In this document: in pieces, positions 41,397-52,522 of the stretch
How positions within the stretch are numbered: position 1 is the first letter of the stretch
Layout: every line of letters begins with the position of its first letter
Source of the DNA: an uncultured Acidimicrobiia bacterium
GTDB taxonomy: Bacteria > Acidobacteriota > Terriglobia > Versatilivoradales > Versatilivoraceae
Reading direction: 5' to 3'
Assembly (NCBI GenBank): GCA_963786955.1
Contig: CAWBAT010000005.1
Span: 256,001-320,000, forward strand
DNA: 64,000 nt
Notes under the pieces: model-generated
Database searches by the model: none
What the model was told of the DNA's origin: nothing
Seen by the model: the letters and a program-made list of their open reading frames with translations, nothing else
Program-made: the position numbers and the translations under genes

Positions 41397-41891
41397 ATGA
41401 AAGTCCATGGACACGGGCTTCGAGAGCATATCCGGTTTTTGACGCCTCTGCTGCTTTTCGTCTTGATTGTCTGGATTCTGCGATTGTTTCTGGGTATTGC
41501 GGAGGCTCCTTTATGGTTTTCGAAGCTCTTTAGTCTTACCGGAGCGTCGGTCGGTGCCTTGCTCATTGCGATCTTTTGGATCCATACTCGGGATTTCGGA
41601 AGTTATCCGAATGTGGTCATGGCGAGCTTCCTCATCAACACCTGGACTCACCTTCTCATTATCGTAGCCATTATTTTTGCCGTGATGACAGGAACGGAAA
41701 ATATCTTTACACGACCGGAATTCTCGATCAAAGAGGATGATGCCTTTCATGTACGCCATATTCTCGGGCACCTGACGTTTGGAATCGGGGCCAACACTCT
41801 ATTGGGCGCCGGGATGGGCTGTTTTTTGCTTTGGTTGTTGAGAGTCTTTGTTCCTGCGTCTCCCCCAAAGAAGGTGCCAGGAGACTATTAA
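41397..41891 (+). CDS. Hypothetical 4-TM membrane protein
   Basis: GGAGG RBS before ATG 41397; four hydrophobic segments. Confidence 0.75.
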   Translation: MKVHGHGLREHIRFLTPLLLFVLIVWILRLFLGIAEAPLWFSKLFSLTGASVGALLIAIFWIHTRDFGSYPNVVMASFLINTWTHLLIIVAIIFAVMTGTENIFTRPEFSIKEDDAFHVRHILGHLTFGIGANTLLGAGMGCFLLWLLRVFVPASPPKKVPGDY

Positions 41892-41892
41892 A

Positions 41893-42666
41893 ATGGGGGA
41901 TACTACACAACCCTGAAACGGGCGCTCAATTGTTCGCATTGCATTAGTCGGGGAGTATAACTCCCAAGTCATCGCCCACCAGGCAATCCCCAAAGCACTG
42001 GCTCTGGCTGCAACGTCTTTGAATTGTGAATGTGAAACGACGTGGGTCGCCACGGAGCAAATCGAATCCGATCCCCTTGCACAGCTATTCATTTTTCAAG
42101 GGATCTGGTGTGTCCCTGCCACTCCTTATCGCAGCATGAATGGGGCACTCAACGCGATTCGTTTTGCTCGAAATGGACACCGTCCCTTCTTGGGGACCTG
42201 TGGAGGGTTTCAGCATGTGGTCATTGAATATGCACGTCATGTCTTAGGCATGGCCAAAGCGGATCATGCCGAGAGCAACCCTGCTGCCCATCTGGCACTG
42301 ATTACTCCTCTCGCTTGCCCCCTGGTGGAAAAAGAAGGAACTGTTCATTTGTTACCCAATTCCCTGGCATTTTCCATTTGCGGAAATGAGAACTTAGTCG
42401 AAACTTATCACTGCAGATTCGGGGTCAACCGGAAGTGGGAGCACTTTCTGTTTGGTCATGGTCTGCAGATTGCCGGTAGAGATCAAGACGAAGAAGTCCG
42501 AGTGATTGAAATCCCCGATCACCCCTTCTTTATGGCAACTTTGTTCCAACCTGAAAGGTCTGCACTCAGAAGCGAGTCCCATCCACTCATTCAAGGATTT
42601 GTTCGAGCCGCCTGCGGAGAAGGGTGGAGCAGGCGAGTGGGACCGCCGTCCCCCGGCGCACACTAG
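41893..42666 (+). pseudogene. CTP-synthase C-terminal-like glutamine amidotransferase with an in-frame TGA at codon 8
   Basis: ATG 41893 MGDTTQP* then the same frame continues NGRSIVRIALVGEYNSQVIAHQAIP...LGTCGGFQH...ATLFQPE. The ORF track starts it too late (42019). Confidence 0.7.
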
Positions 42667-43135
42667 AACGTGCTCGTTCCTGGAGTTTAGACACAGGAGC
42701 AGGCCAAAGGCCCGCACCACAATTTTGTGGTGCAGGCGTCCACGCTTGCATCCAAGCGGCCTGAAAGGCCGCTACGGACATTTTGGAGTGCGGTAGCTTG
42801 ATACCACTTTCTGGATCACAGTCGATCCATCAAACTGGCAGCAAGCTGCCACGCATCATCAATGCCAAGTCTGATCGAGGTTCCGACCCTAGGCGCCAGC
42901 CAGCTGCCGCACAAGGGTGGGTCCGTAATCCTTGCGTTTCGTCGGGAAAAGAGCGACGCAACGTCGGTTTACACTCCCTGCAGTTGTAATACTTATTGCT
43001 GACCGCAAGATCCATGAGCGAACCAACACCGAAAATGTCCAAACTCCGGACGACAGGCGTGAACGCCTGTCGCCACACAAGACAGTAGCAACAGGCCTCC
43101 AGGCCTGTTATCCGGGCCCAGCGGCCCCGGCTACA
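42638..43135. repeat. Cluster of mixed REP-like hairpin fragments between convergent genes
   Basis: GCGGCCTGAAAGGCCGCTAC, GACAGGCGTGAACGCCTGTC, ACAGGCCTCCAGGCCTGT, CGGGCCCAGCGGCCCCGGCTAC and others. Confidence 0.65.
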
Positions 43136-43164
43136 GCAATTACCGCAATTTATGAAATGCAGCT

Positions 43165-43878
43165 CTAGGATTTTCCGAAGGGACTGCGTTGGAGGGCGTA
43201 ATCAATGCATTCCTGAGGGACTTCAAACTGAGAGAGAACACCGTTTCCTTTGTACTCGACATCTTTGATCCCAATCTCACTGGTATAAAAAGCATCTAGG
43301 GTCATTTTCCTAAGCCATTGGAAGAAATATACCCCGGGGCCGAGGTCCGTTGACGGTTGAAAACCATAGTGACCGAACCCTTGGTAATGGACCATGCCTT
43401 CATACGTGAGTCCCCTCTCCCTGTTCTCATTGGCAGTCCGTTCCAGTCGAGTGATGGAATCCAGTAAGGCAGTCTGTTGTTCTGCCTGGGCATCAAGAAA
43501 GAACGCCCCATAAAGTTTTTTCGCCTCGGCATCCAGCCATGCCAGTCCTCCTGTATAAATGTTGGCTAGTTCCGAATTCTGACTACAGAGCAAATCGATG
43601 AATTCCGGAGCGCCCGCATCCTTGGCGCTGCCGGACACTTCATCCGCGGGCACAATCAACTCAGTCAGCCGGCTGATTGTGGCATATTCATGCTCATTGA
43701 AAAGTTTGGGCTGATACGTTCCCCCTTTCTTTTTTTCTTCTTTGGCTTGCTGATGGACGTGCTCAGCCGCTTCCAGCTTGAGTTGGCCTCCGGCCACTGC
43801 CGTAACCGCCAAGGCAATATTGCGGAGCATATTCCGTCGGGACAGATCTTCGATTTGGACAAGCATAGGGTCAGACAT
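43165..43878 (-). CDS. Gluconate 2-dehydrogenase subunit 3 family protein (Tat)
   Basis: SRRNML; LIVPADEVSGSAKDAGAPEFID; DAFYTSEIG. Confidence 0.9.
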   Translation of the reverse strand: MSDPMLVQIEDLSRRNMLRNIALAVTAVAGGQLKLEAAEHVHQQAKEEKKKGGTYQPKLFNEHEYATISRLTELIVPADEVSGSAKDAGAPEFIDLLCSQNSELANIYTGGLAWLDAEAKKLYGAFFLDAQAEQQTALLDSITRLERTANENRERGLTYEGMVHYQGFGHYGFQPSTDLGPGVYFFQWLRKMTLDAFYTSEIGIKDVEYKGNGVLSQFEVPQECIDYALQRSPFGKS

Positions 43879-45586
43879 TGCCTTTTCTCATCTCCTCTGC
43901 CAGGTAGTCTGAGTTGCGCCAAGCCAGCGCATTGATCGTTAGAGTGGGATTCTTGTCAGGACTACTGACAAATATCCCTCCATCACAAACAAACAGATTT
44001 TTCACATCGTGGGCCTGGCCAAAACCGTTGACCGCGGATGAGCGCCGATCGCTCCCCATCCGGACCGTACCGACCTCATGAATGATCGTCCCCGGCACAG
44101 AAATGCCATCTTTTTCGCGCTGTTCCGGAGTCAGGTGATGGACTTTTCCACCCATCGTCTCAATAATAGAAGCAAAGGTCTGTTCCATGTGGCGCGCCTG
44201 TTTCCATTCATAGTCTGACCATTTGAAATGGAATCGAAGCACCGGGATTCCCCAGCGGTCTACTATAGCTGGATCGATTTCACAATAGCTGTGACTGTTG
44301 GGGATCATTTCACCGCGTCCGGCAAAGCCAACGTGAGTCCCGTAGGCGCGGCGCACATTTTGTTTCATATTTTTGCCATATCCCCATTTTTCACCAGCCC
44401 GCTGAAACATCCCAACCTGAGGCATATGGTAGCCGCCTCCGATTTCGATATGATATCCGCGTGGGAAGCCAATCTTGTCCTGTTGATTCCACAACCACCA
44501 GGGCATAAAGAGATGCGCGCCACCATACCCATCGCTGTCGTAATGAGGCATCCCTTCTAAAGCCGGAACTTCCCCGGATAAATCAAAGCCCACGCTATCC
44601 ATCAGGAATCTCCCCACCACCCCGGATCCGTTGGCCAGGCCATTCGGGAACAAAGCGGACTTGGAATTCAGCAGTAGGCGGGCCGATTCACAAGCACTGG
44701 CGGCAAGAACCACTACCCGGCCGTGAACGATTTTCTCGGTACGGGTATTCTTGTCAATGTAAGAAACCCCCGTCACTTTCCCCGTTTTATCAACCAGCAC
44801 TTCACGCGTCATGGCCATGTCGATAATCTTCAGGTTCCCGGTCTTAAGAGCCGGAAAAATCTGAACTTGGCTGGAGGAATAATTGGAAGCCGACAAACAG
44901 CCTCGGCCGCATTGTCCGCAGTAATGGCAAGGCGGCCGGCCATTTAATTCTTTAGTAATGATGGCCCGGCGATTCGGGACACAGGGGATGCCCAAACGAT
45001 CGCATGATTTTCTTATAAGGACTTCGTGGGCTTTGGGGGGGGGAGGCACTTGAAAAATTCCATCGGGGGTACTTCGAATCCCATCTTTTGTCCCCGTCAC
45101 ACCGATTAGCATCTCGGCTTTGTCGTAATAGGGAGCAATGTCTTCGTAAGAGATGGGCCAATTGGTCCCCAGCCCATCCCGATTGTAGGGCTTAAAATCA
45201 AATTCGGAAAAGCGAAATGACATCCTTCCATAATGATTCGTCCGGCCGCCAATAATGCGCGAGCGAAACCACTGGAATTGGCTGCCTTCGGCAACTGTGT
45301 AAGGTTCTCCCTCCAGTTGCCATCCGCCGCTTGTCGTCGTGAAATAGCCGAAGGGCTTTCCCTTTCCAAAATAAAACGCTCCGCCTTCTCCCGCGCCGCG
45401 ATGGTCGACATCATAGGGCCACATGTGCTCTTTGAATTCCTTAGCGGGATCCAACATTGGACCGGCTTCTAAAAGGGTTACTTTAATCCCCTTGGCCGTC
45501 AGAACCTGCGCGACCGTCCCCCCCGCTGCACCGGATCCGATCACAATGACATCTTGTACTTCCGAACTCTTCTTGACTTGGGACAT
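43871..45586 (-). CDS. GMC family oxidoreductase
   Basis: VIGSGAAGG, GGRTNHYG, CHYCGQCGRGC, HEVGTVRMG, NPTLTI. Confidence 0.95.
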   Translation of the reverse strand: MSQVKKSSEVQDVIVIGSGAAGGTVAQVLTAKGIKVTLLEAGPMLDPAKEFKEHMWPYDVDHRGAGEGGAFYFGKGKPFGYFTTTSGGWQLEGEPYTVAEGSQFQWFRSRIIGGRTNHYGRMSFRFSEFDFKPYNRDGLGTNWPISYEDIAPYYDKAEMLIGVTGTKDGIRSTPDGIFQVPPPPKAHEVLIRKSCDRLGIPCVPNRRAIITKELNGRPPCHYCGQCGRGCLSASNYSSSQVQIFPALKTGNLKIIDMAMTREVLVDKTGKVTGVSYIDKNTRTEKIVHGRVVVLAASACESARLLLNSKSALFPNGLANGSGVVGRFLMDSVGFDLSGEVPALEGMPHYDSDGYGGAHLFMPWWLWNQQDKIGFPRGYHIEIGGGYHMPQVGMFQRAGEKWGYGKNMKQNVRRAYGTHVGFAGRGEMIPNSHSYCEIDPAIVDRWGIPVLRFHFKWSDYEWKQARHMEQTFASIIETMGGKVHHLTPEQREKDGISVPGTIIHEVGTVRMGSDRRSSAVNGFGQAHDVKNLFVCDGGIFVSSPDKNPTLTINALAWRNSDYLAEEMRKGNV

Positions 45587-45928
45587 ATTTTTTTAATGAA
45601 CATCTCCAAGGATATTGCAGCAATCCAATGCTGCTCGCATGAGACCGCCACCAGGGTGGCAGTCTTCAAGCTTTTAGCATTGCAGTATAAGCCCAACGAA
45701 GCAATGCATTTTTGTACTATTTATTGCGTACCGCCCGATGGATCAATTATTATTCCGCAGCCAGTTGGATGGTAGCATTATGCGAAAAAAATCGTCAATT
45801 ACTTCTGAAGCCTTTGATTGGAGACATCGAGCGAGTTGTGGGGGCAAAGCGTTCGCCAAAGTATGCTGGGATGTGCATCATCCCTGCTTACAAATGCTTT
45901 TCCCCTCCCAACTTTTCTGAGGTGCCGC

Positions 45929-46963
45929 ATGAATTCCATTGAAAAATTTCCACAATCTGATCCAGAAGCCCAAATTATCATCGATTTGATGGACGGATTT
46001 CGCGCCTCCAAGGCCGTTTTTACGGCTGTCTCGTTGGGGATCTTTGACCATTTGCACGAGAAACCCCAAAATTGCGAAGCATTGAGCCGGGATCTGGGAT
46101 GCGTACCCGATGCCCTGGAGAGGCTTCTGGGAGCCTGTGCGGCCTTCCATCTACTCCGGATCGAAAAAGGGAATTATCACAACGAGCCAGTGGCTACCCG
46201 ATTCTTACGCCTCCACAGCCCCGAAAGTTTGACAGGGTACATGCTTTCTTCCGATCGCCTCCTTTATCGTCTCTGGGCACACCTGGAGAGCGCCGTTCGT
46301 GAAGGCACCCATCGCTGGAAACAGGAGTTTGGGCAAAAGGAAGGAATTTTCGACCATTTCTTTTCCACCGAAGCGGATAAGAAAACGTTCTTGGCAGGCA
46401 TGCACGGCCACGGACTCATGAGTTCCCCGGCAGTAGTGGCAGCTTTCGACCTGAGCCGCTTTAGACATCTTGCCGATCTGGGTGGAGGCACAGGCCACTT
46501 AGTGATCGAAGCCTGCCGCCGTTTTCCGCAGCTCTCCGGAACCGTCTTTGACTTGCCCTCTGTCACTCCGGTTAGTCGCGACTATGTTCGAAAGGCAAAT
46601 CTGGAAGATCGAATCCAATTCGTCAGTGGCGATTTTTTCAGTGACCCGCTCCCTCCCGCAGACCTTTATTCCATGGGAAGAATCCTCCACGATTGGTCTG
46701 ATGAAAAGGTTAAGTTCTTACTTCAAAAGACCTTTGAGCATTTGCCCGAGCAGGGCGGATTGCTGATTGGAGAGAAGATCCTCAATGAGACTCGTGACGG
46801 GCCGGCGAATGCTTACTTGCAATCACTGAACATGTTGGTCTGTACCGAGGGCAAGGAGAGGACGGCATCGGAATACGAAGCGTTAACACGAGCGGCCGGG
46901 TTTCGTCGCTTTGAGTCTCGGAGTACCGGCCAGCCCGTGGATGCAATGTTGGCCGTGAAATAA
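45929..46963 (+). CDS. O-methyltransferase with dimerisation domain (acetylserotonin-OMT-like)
   Basis: DLGGGTGH, GDFF, RILHDW, GKERT. GAGGT RBS before ATG 45929. Confidence 0.9.
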   Translation: MNSIEKFPQSDPEAQIIIDLMDGFRASKAVFTAVSLGIFDHLHEKPQNCEALSRDLGCVPDALERLLGACAAFHLLRIEKGNYHNEPVATRFLRLHSPESLTGYMLSSDRLLYRLWAHLESAVREGTHRWKQEFGQKEGIFDHFFSTEADKKTFLAGMHGHGLMSSPAVVAAFDLSRFRHLADLGGGTGHLVIEACRRFPQLSGTVFDLPSVTPVSRDYVRKANLEDRIQFVSGDFFSDPLPPADLYSMGRILHDWSDEKVKFLLQKTFEHLPEQGGLLIGEKILNETRDGPANAYLQSLNMLVCTEGKERTASEYEALTRAAGFRRFESRSTGQPVDAMLAVK

Positions 46964-47002
46964 CAATTGCCTTGGTTCCCCTCGCAGCCGCATGATATTA
47001 GG

Positions 47003-47949
47003 ATGAAAGCTCGATTTAAACGAAAGGGATGTTGCTTGATTTCACTTCTCCGACAAAAGAACAATCGACGAATCGCCATTGGCATTGGGACCATTGCCCT
47101 TATTTTTGTCTTATTCCTGGCCCTCTCCGGTTACCCAGGCCTCTTGCTAAAACGGCTCATCAATGGCCTGGCCACGATCCGCCCCACCGAAGGACTCGAT
47201 CTGACATCTCTGGGAACATTCGGATTACTGGCTCTTGGCCTTGTCTATGGGCTTAAGCATGCGACTGAGGTGGATCATATTGTTGCAGTCTCCACGATCG
47301 TCAGTGAACACCGAAAATTATCCCATGCTGCTCTCGTAGGCGCTTTATGGGGGTAGGACATACGGCTTCGCTAATCATTGTGGGAACGATCGTACTCGTT
47401 TTGCGAACCGCAATTTCTGATCAGTTAGCCGGGTGGCTGGAGTTTGGCGTCGCTTTCATGATCATTGGCTTAGGCATTAGCGCGCTCTTTAAAGCATTGG
47501 TCGCACGCTCTGCTCTCCATATTCATTCCCATGCCCATGATGGTGTCTCGCACCTGCATCTGCATTTCCACGAGCAGGGAAGCGCTCATGAAGGAACGGG
47601 GATCATCCATTCCCATGCTGTATCCCGGATTGGCTTGAAGCCGACACTGGTTGGAATGATGCATGGCCTGGCTGGTTCCGCGGCGTTGACCTTGCTCGTG
47701 CTGACACAAATTCGATCCTTTGGATTGGGCCTGCTTTATCTTGCAATTTTCGGAATTGGATCCATTGTGGGAATGATGGTGATGTCGGGGTTGGTGGGTT
47801 TACCCTTTGCTCTGAGCTCAAAAAAACTGACAGGATTTCATTATGCCCTCCAGTTGGTCGCAGGCGTATTCAGCATCACATTTGGCCTCTGGTACGCCTA
47901 TATAATAGGTATGGCCAACGGATTAAGAATTACTGTTAACGGATTTTAG
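47003..47949 (+). pseudogene. Nickel/cobalt transporter (NiCoT/UreH-like), frameshifted at ~47350
   Basis: GLKHATEVDHIVAV...GALWG|VGHT junction; His-rich loop HIHSHAHDGVSHLHLHFH; GMMHGLAGS. Split over the two ORFs 46967-47356 and 47347-47949. Confidence 0.82.
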
Positions 47950-47962
47950 TCCGCTATGGCTA

Positions 47963-48123
47963 AAAGTTCCCCTCCTGGGTCAGGAGGGGAACTGAAGGCC
48001 GTCAGGCCTTCAAGGGGGTGGTCGAGCGTGGACAATCGTATCCACCTTGGGCTTGCCCACGAGCATTACCACCCCGAAGCCCTTACGTGCTTCCGCCCCT
48101 CCTAAAATAGGAGGGGATCTTTT
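47963..48123. repeat. CCCCTCC..GGAGGGG-family hairpin doublet
   Basis: AAAGTTCCCCTCCTGGGTCAGGAGGGG ... CCCCTCCTAAAATAGGAGGGGATCTTT. Related hairpins at ~2255, ~17536 and ~19553. Confidence 0.75.
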
Positions 48124-48297
48124 GACAGGGCCCCCTTCAAAGGAGGAAGGAGACATCCCTCCCGTTTTGCAATGGGAATAAATCGCCCCGACCTCTCGCG
48201 ACTTGACCTATCGACTGTTGCTCGCCTACTATTGCGTTACTCTTGCAGGTTGGGAAAAGCAATTTCCAATGGAGCAGGCTAAAAACCTCGGTGGTAA

Positions 48298-48942
48298 ATG
48301 ATGAAACTAAAGCTGAGACTTCCAGTATTCTCAAGAACAGCTTTGGTCTGCCTCTCTTTGACGATCTTCATCGCTTGTTCCGAAGCGCCGAAATCGGAGA
48401 TTGAAAAAGCCACCCAAAATTCCCCTCCCCCTGCGCCGGTCACTGGGCGTTTCGCGTTCCAGCGAATGATCATACAAGCCAAAGGATGGGCAGTCGATGC
48501 GCAGCCGTTGAAACTTTCCGGTCTATTTCTCAAGCAAGTTCCTGTAGAACATGGAAAATGCGGGGCCTGGCAAGCGACTTTTGTTTCAGCGCAAAAATCC
48601 AAAGCCAGAACTTACACTCTGTCGGTAATCGAGATTGGAGGGATCCATGAAGGGGTCTTGGCGGGACGAGAGGAAACATGGAGTGGTCCTCGTGGCCAGG
48701 AACATCCATTTAATCCCCAGGCGTTACACGTTGATTCCAACGAAGCTTATGCCACTGCTGCCAAAGAGAGTGCTGATTTCATCAAGAAGAACCCCAACCT
48801 TCCTGTCGTCTTCCTGCTGGAACAAACTCCTCGATTTCCGAACCTCACCTGGCGAGTTTTTTGGGGCGAGACTATCGGAAGCAGCCATTACTCGGTCTTC
48901 GTCGATGCCAGCACTGGGCTGTACCTACAGACGCTACATTAA
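48298..48942 (+). CDS. Hypothetical lipoprotein
   Basis: Lipobox FIAC; C-terminal W.V.....VFVDASTG resembles a PepSY-like element. Confidence 0.75.
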   Translation: MMKLKLRLPVFSRTALVCLSLTIFIACSEAPKSEIEKATQNSPPPAPVTGRFAFQRMIIQAKGWAVDAQPLKLSGLFLKQVPVEHGKCGAWQATFVSAQKSKARTYTLSVIEIGGIHEGVLAGREETWSGPRGQEHPFNPQALHVDSNEAYATAAKESADFIKKNPNLPVVFLLEQTPRFPNLTWRVFWGETIGSSHYSVFVDASTGLYLQTLH

Positions 48943-49156
48943 ACTGAACCAAAGGATTCATGCCGATAGCGACAGGCTTCCCAGCCTGTCGAGCCACGTC
49001 TGAGCGCGGCTATTCTGGCCCCTGGGCCGCGTTCATCAAGCGTGCGCGGGAGCGCCCGCTCCACCCAATCAGGCGGCGTCCGCCAGCCAGGACCGGGGCC
49101 AGCGGCCCCGGCTACGGCTAGAGCAAGCCACACTCTCGGTAGTTTCTCGTCCTAGG

Positions 49157-52100
49157 CTATACCGAGGCGCCATTTCTGACCATTTCGTGGTATTCCTGAA
49201 GCGAGAGGACATCAATTCGGTTCTGCTGCATCGCGGCAATGCCGCTGGCGACGGCGGCGCCGCCGGACAGGGTGGTAATACAAGGAATATGATGTTGCAT
49301 CGCGGCGCGACGGATGGCTCGCTCGTCGAAGAATGAACTCTTCCCGAGGGGGGTGTTTAAGATCAGGTCCACTTTACCGCTTTTGATGAGATCCACAATG
49401 TGCGGACGCCCCTCATTGACCTTGTAAACCGCTTCAACCGCAATTCCATGCTCCTTCAAGACGGCAGCCGTTCCACGCGAGGCGAGTAAAGCGAACCCCA
49501 GTTGCTGGAGTCGTTCTGCAATCTTGATGACATTCTTCTTGTCGTGTTGGTTCACGCTGATGAATGCGGTTCCGGAACGTGGCAGTCGGACTCCCGCACT
49601 CAATTGGGCTTTATAGAAAGCAAGTCCAAAATTATCCGAAACTCCCATCACTTCACCAGTGGACTTCATTTCGGGGCCCAGGATCGTGTCCACACCTGGA
49701 AATTTCGCGAAGGGGAATACCGGAGACTTCACAAAAAAATTGCGGACCGGGAGTTCACCCGACAAACCAAACTCTTGAAGCTTGCGGCCAACCATCAGTC
49801 TCGCCGCTACCTTTGCGAGGGGGATACCCGTAGCTTTGCTGACAAAAGGCACCGTACGAGACGCCCGCGGATTGACTTCCAGCACATAGACGATGTCATC
49901 TTTAATGGCATACTGCACGTTCATCAGACCGACCACATGGAGCGCCTTGGCAAGTGTCCGCGTGTGACGACGCATCGTTTCCAAATGCTCTTCCTTGACT
50001 AAATAGGTTGGAAGCACACAGGAACTGTCTCCTGAATGGATTCCTGCTTCCTCGATGTGTTCCATGATGCCTCCAATCACGACATCTTGGCCATCGGCCA
50101 GGGTGTCCACATCGACTTCGAAGGCATCTTCCAGGAATTTGTCAATCAGGATGGGACGATCCTGAGAGACATCGACGGCCTCATCCATGTAACCCTCGAG
50201 GGTCTGTTGATCGTAACAAATGGCCATCGCCCGTCCGCCCAACACATAAGACGGCCGCACGAGAATAGGAAAGCCGATTCGCTCCGCGATGATAGCCGCT
50301 TCTTCGTAAGACACCGCCGTGCCTGAAGGCGGCTGAGGAATTTGCAGATCGGAGAGGAGTTTCCCAAAGCGTTTACGATCTTCGGCCAGGTCGATGGATT
50401 CGGGTGAGGTACCGATAATCGGCACACCCGCAGCCTGGAGAGGCAGAGCAAGGTTTAACGGGGTCTGCCCACCAAATTGGACAATCACTCCGTCCGGTTT
50501 CTCCTCGTCGACGATGTGCATCACATCTTCGAACGTTAGCGGCTCGAAGTAGAGTCGGTCTGAAGTATCGTAATCGGTTGAGACAGTTTCCGGATTGCAG
50601 TTCACCATGATCGTTTCGTAACCATCTTCCTTAAGCGCGAAAGAAGCATGGCAACAGCAGTAGTCGAATTCAATTCCCTGCCCGATCCGGTTCGGACCAC
50701 TTCCCAGGATGATGATCTTTTTCCGTGTCGAGGGATTGGCTTCACACTCCTGCTCGTAGCTGGAATATAAATAGGGCGTAAATGACTCAAATTCCGCAGC
50801 GCACGTATCCACTCGTTTGAAGACCGGTATGATTTGCTCTTGTATACGTCTGCCTCGGACGGCCTCGGCACTGGTATTCATCAATACCGCCAGCCGTTTG
50901 TCGGAAAATCCCATGCGCTTGGATTCCTTAAGCAGCGCAGGGGTGACAGTCTCAATTTTTTCATGGCGCAAGCGCAAGGCCATTTGCGCCAATTCCTCAA
51001 GTTGCCTGAGAAACCAGCGGTCGATCTTGGTATATTCATAGATTTCATCTACTGAATAGCCCGCTTCCAATGCCGCTCGGAGATAGAGAATGCGATCCGG
51101 GTTAGGCGTGATGAGCTTTTCGCGGATGCGCTCGGGATCAATTTTTTCGGATCCCACTCGACGTCCGGTTTCCAGCGAGCGGATCGCCTTCAGAAAAGAT
51201 TCCTTGAAAGTTCTTCCTATCGCCATCACTTCGCCCACCGATTTCATCTGTGTTCCAAGCACCGGGTCGGTTTCCGGGAATTTTTCAAAGGCCCACTTGG
51301 GAATTTTCGTCACCACATAGTCGATGGTCGGCTCAAAACAGGCGGGCGTTTTCAGCGTAATGTCGTTAGGAATTTCGTTCAGCGTGTATCCTACCGCTAA
51401 TTTTGCGGCGATTTTTGCAATGGGGAAGCCCGTCGCCTTGGAAGCCAGAGCGGAACTGCGGGAAACCCGAGGATTCATTTCGATGACGACAAGCCGCCCA
51501 TTTTCTGGATTCACAGCGAACTGGATATTGGACCCACCCGTTTCGACGCCCACCTTGCGAATCACCCGGATCGCGGCGTTGCGCAGATGTTGATATTCTT
51601 TGTCCGTCAAGGTCTGAATGGGAGCCACGGTTATCGAGTCTCCGGTATGGACTCCCATGGGATCAAAGTTTTCAATGCTGCAGATAATGACCACGTTGTC
51701 TTTGACATCCCGCATGACTTCCAGTTCAAATTCTTTCCAGCCAATGACGGATTCTTCGATCAGAATTTCATGATTCGGACTAAGGTCCAGCCCGCGCTGG
51801 GCTAATTCTTCAAATTCCTCGGAGTTAAAGGCAATTCCACCCCCTGAGCCTCCCATTGTAAAAGAGGGGCGAATAATGGCGGGATAGCCCACCTTTCGAA
51901 CGATTTCAAGCGCTTCCTTGAAACTGTAAGCTACTCCGCTCTTCGGCGTATCGAGTCCGATCTCTTTCATCGCTTCTTTGAAGAGGAGTCTGTCTTCTGC
52001 CACTTTGATCGCCTTGATCTGAGCCCCGATCAATTCGACGCCATATTTGTCCAGTACCCCACTCTCAGAAAGGGCAACCGCAAGATTGAGCGCTGTCTGC

Positions 52101-52375
52101 CCACCCACCGTGGGAAGCAAGGCGTCAGGCAGTTCTCCGGCAATGATGGCTTCCACATATTCCGGGGTCAACGGCTCAACAAAGGTTTTATCTGCCAACT
52201 CGGGATCTGTCATGATGGTTGCAGGGTTCGAATTGACTAGAATCACTTTGTAGCCTTCCGAACGGAGCGCTTTACAGGCCTGCGTGCCCGAGTAGTCAAA
52301 TTCACAAGCCTGTCCAATCACGATGGGTCCCGACCCAATGATGAGAATTTTCTTGATATCAGTTCGTTTGGGCAT
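49157..52375 (-). CDS. carB: Carbamoyl-phosphate synthase large subunit
   Basis: [30 protein letters not shown]; duplicated ATP-grasp domains; MGS domain. Confidence 0.98.
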   Translation of the reverse strand: MPKRTDIKKILIIGSGPIVIGQACEFDYSGTQACKALRSEGYKVILVNSNPATIMTDPELADKTFVEPLTPEYVEAIIAGELPDALLPTVGGQTALNLAVALSESGVLDKYGVELIGAQIKAIKVAEDRLLFKEAMKEIGLDTPKSGVAYSFKEALEIVRKVGYPAIIRPSFTMGGSGGGIAFNSEEFEELAQRGLDLSPNHEILIEESVIGWKEFELEVMRDVKDNVVIICSIENFDPMGVHTGDSITVAPIQTLTDKEYQHLRNAAIRVIRKVGVETGGSNIQFAVNPENGRLVVIEMNPRVSRSSALASKATGFPIAKIAAKLAVGYTLNEIPNDITLKTPACFEPTIDYVVTKIPKWAFEKFPETDPVLGTQMKSVGEVMAIGRTFKESFLKAIRSLETGRRVGSEKIDPERIREKLITPNPDRILYLRAALEAGYSVDEIYEYTKIDRWFLRQLEELAQMALRLRHEKIETVTPALLKESKRMGFSDKRLAVLMNTSAEAVRGRRIQEQIIPVFKRVDTCAAEFESFTPYLYSSYEQECEANPSTRKKIIILGSGPNRIGQGIEFDYCCCHASFALKEDGYETIMVNCNPETVSTDYDTSDRLYFEPLTFEDVMHIVDEEKPDGVIVQFGGQTPLNLALPLQAAGVPIIGTSPESIDLAEDRKRFGKLLSDLQIPQPPSGTAVSYEEAAIIAERIGFPILVRPSYVLGGRAMAICYDQQTLEGYMDEAVDVSQDRPILIDKFLEDAFEVDVDTLADGQDVVIGGIMEHIEEAGIHSGDSSCVLPTYLVKEEHLETMRRHTRTLAKALHVVGLMNVQYAIKDDIVYVLEVNPRASRTVPFVSKATGIPLAKVAARLMVGRKLQEFGLSGELPVRNFFVKSPVFPFAKFPGVDTILGPEMKSTGEVMGVSDNFGLAFYKAQLSAGVRLPRSGTAFISVNQHDKKNVIKIAERLQQLGFALLASRGTAAVLKEHGIAVEAVYKVNEGRPHIVDLIKSGKVDLILNTPLGKSSFFDERAIRRAAMQHHIPCITTLSGGAAVASGIAAMQQNRIDVLSLQEYHEMVRNGASV

Positions 52376-52522
52376 GAAGTGTCAACGCCATAATGCATCT
52401 AGATGAAGGGGTGCTACGGTCAAAGCGCAGTATAAATGGATCGTGGGCTTGGGGTGGAATCACCAAACTGCCCACTCTTGCAAATCTCCCAAACGATTCG
52501 CTCCAAGCCGCTGCTTGCTTCT

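Noticed and set aside
41914-41960. Selenocysteine recoding of the TGA
   Set aside because: Non-catalytic N-terminal position and no convincing downstream SECIS hairpin.
49502-52253. Many antisense ORFs within carB and other long genes
   Set aside because: Shadow ORFs expected opposite real coding sequence.
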